Source of the DNA: Alphaproteobacteria bacterium
GTDB taxonomy: Bacteria > Pseudomonadota > Alphaproteobacteria > UBA8366 > GCA-2717185
Direction: 5' to 3'
Assembly: GCA_047517345.1 (NCBI GenBank)
Contig: JAKZTB010000036.1
Location: forward strand, 1,503 to 65,502
Length of the DNA stretch: 64,000 nt
Each line of letters starts with the position of its first letter. Within the stretch, counting starts at the first letter, position 1. Positions 63,908 through 64,000 of this stretch are shown here, in pieces. Under the pieces are notes generated by a model that saw nothing but the letters and a program-made list of their open reading frames with translations, was not told where the DNA came from and made no database searches. A program made the translations under genes and the position numbers.

Positions 63908-63984
63908 GGGCCCGTAGTTCAGTTGGTTAGAACGAACCGCTCATAACGGTTATGTCGCAGGTTCGAGTCCTGCCGGGCCCACCA
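63908..63984 (+). tRNA. tRNA with CAT anticodon (elongator Met or lysidine-modified Ile2), CCA encoded
   Basis: 77-nt cloverleaf: acceptor GGGCCCG/CGGGCCC, D arm GTTC-AGTTGGTTA-GAAC, anticodon arm AACCG-CTCATAA-CGGTT, T arm GCAGG-TTCGAGT-CCTGC, then ACCA. The G1-C72 pair excludes an initiator tRNA. Confidence 0.9.
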
Positions 63985-64000
63985 CCCTCCGCTCTTCGGG

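Noticed and set aside
63908-63984. The CAT-anticodon tRNA as initiator tRNA-fMet
   Set aside because: Positions 1 and 72 form a normal G-C pair, and the anticodon stem lacks the three consecutive G-C pairs typical of initiators. It is an elongator Met or Ile2 (lysidine) tRNA, and I cannot distinguish these by eye.

Overview
High-GC (about 64%) chromosomal segment with alphaproteobacterial (Rhodospirillales-like) gene content and order. About 60 protein genes and one tRNA are supported. Most are core housekeeping genes: gpt, panC, rpmH-rnpA-yidD-yidC-engB, argB, dapD/dapE, truA-fmt-def, rmuC, hemF, trmL, petABC, rpoD-dnaG, carAB and greA. The accessory part lies at about 23-40 kb. It holds a lower-GC islet with two orphan genes (one a secreted CXXCH protein). 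It also holds a catabolic island without a regulator: a UbiD-family decarboxylase, a three-subunit Mo-hydroxylase, an SDR, hydantoinase/oxoprolinase HyuAB, an LLM oxidoreductase, an amidohydrolase, an MFS transporter and a ThrC-like PLP enzyme. I see no CRISPR array, transposase, integrase or recognisable defence system. The most unusual signals are non-coding. (1) A highly structured intergenic element of about 258 nt occurs twice in opposite orientations (6768-7026 and 15737-15992). Each copy exactly fills the stop-to-start spacer of a conserved gene pair. The copies share conserved sequence cores, but two stems differ in sequence while keeping their pairing. (2) A second intergenic repeat of about 51 nt occurs at 10852-10902 and 17717-17767. 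(3) A 51-nt near-perfect palindrome abuts the engB stop codon, and a 17/18 half-site lies 29 kb away. Three ORF-disrupting lesions are also visible: an in-frame TAA in hyuA, a frameshift in a DUF2336 gene at a G4 run, and an internally deleted alpha/beta-hydrolase remnant. All functional calls rest on recalled family motifs and gene context, because no database search was possible.
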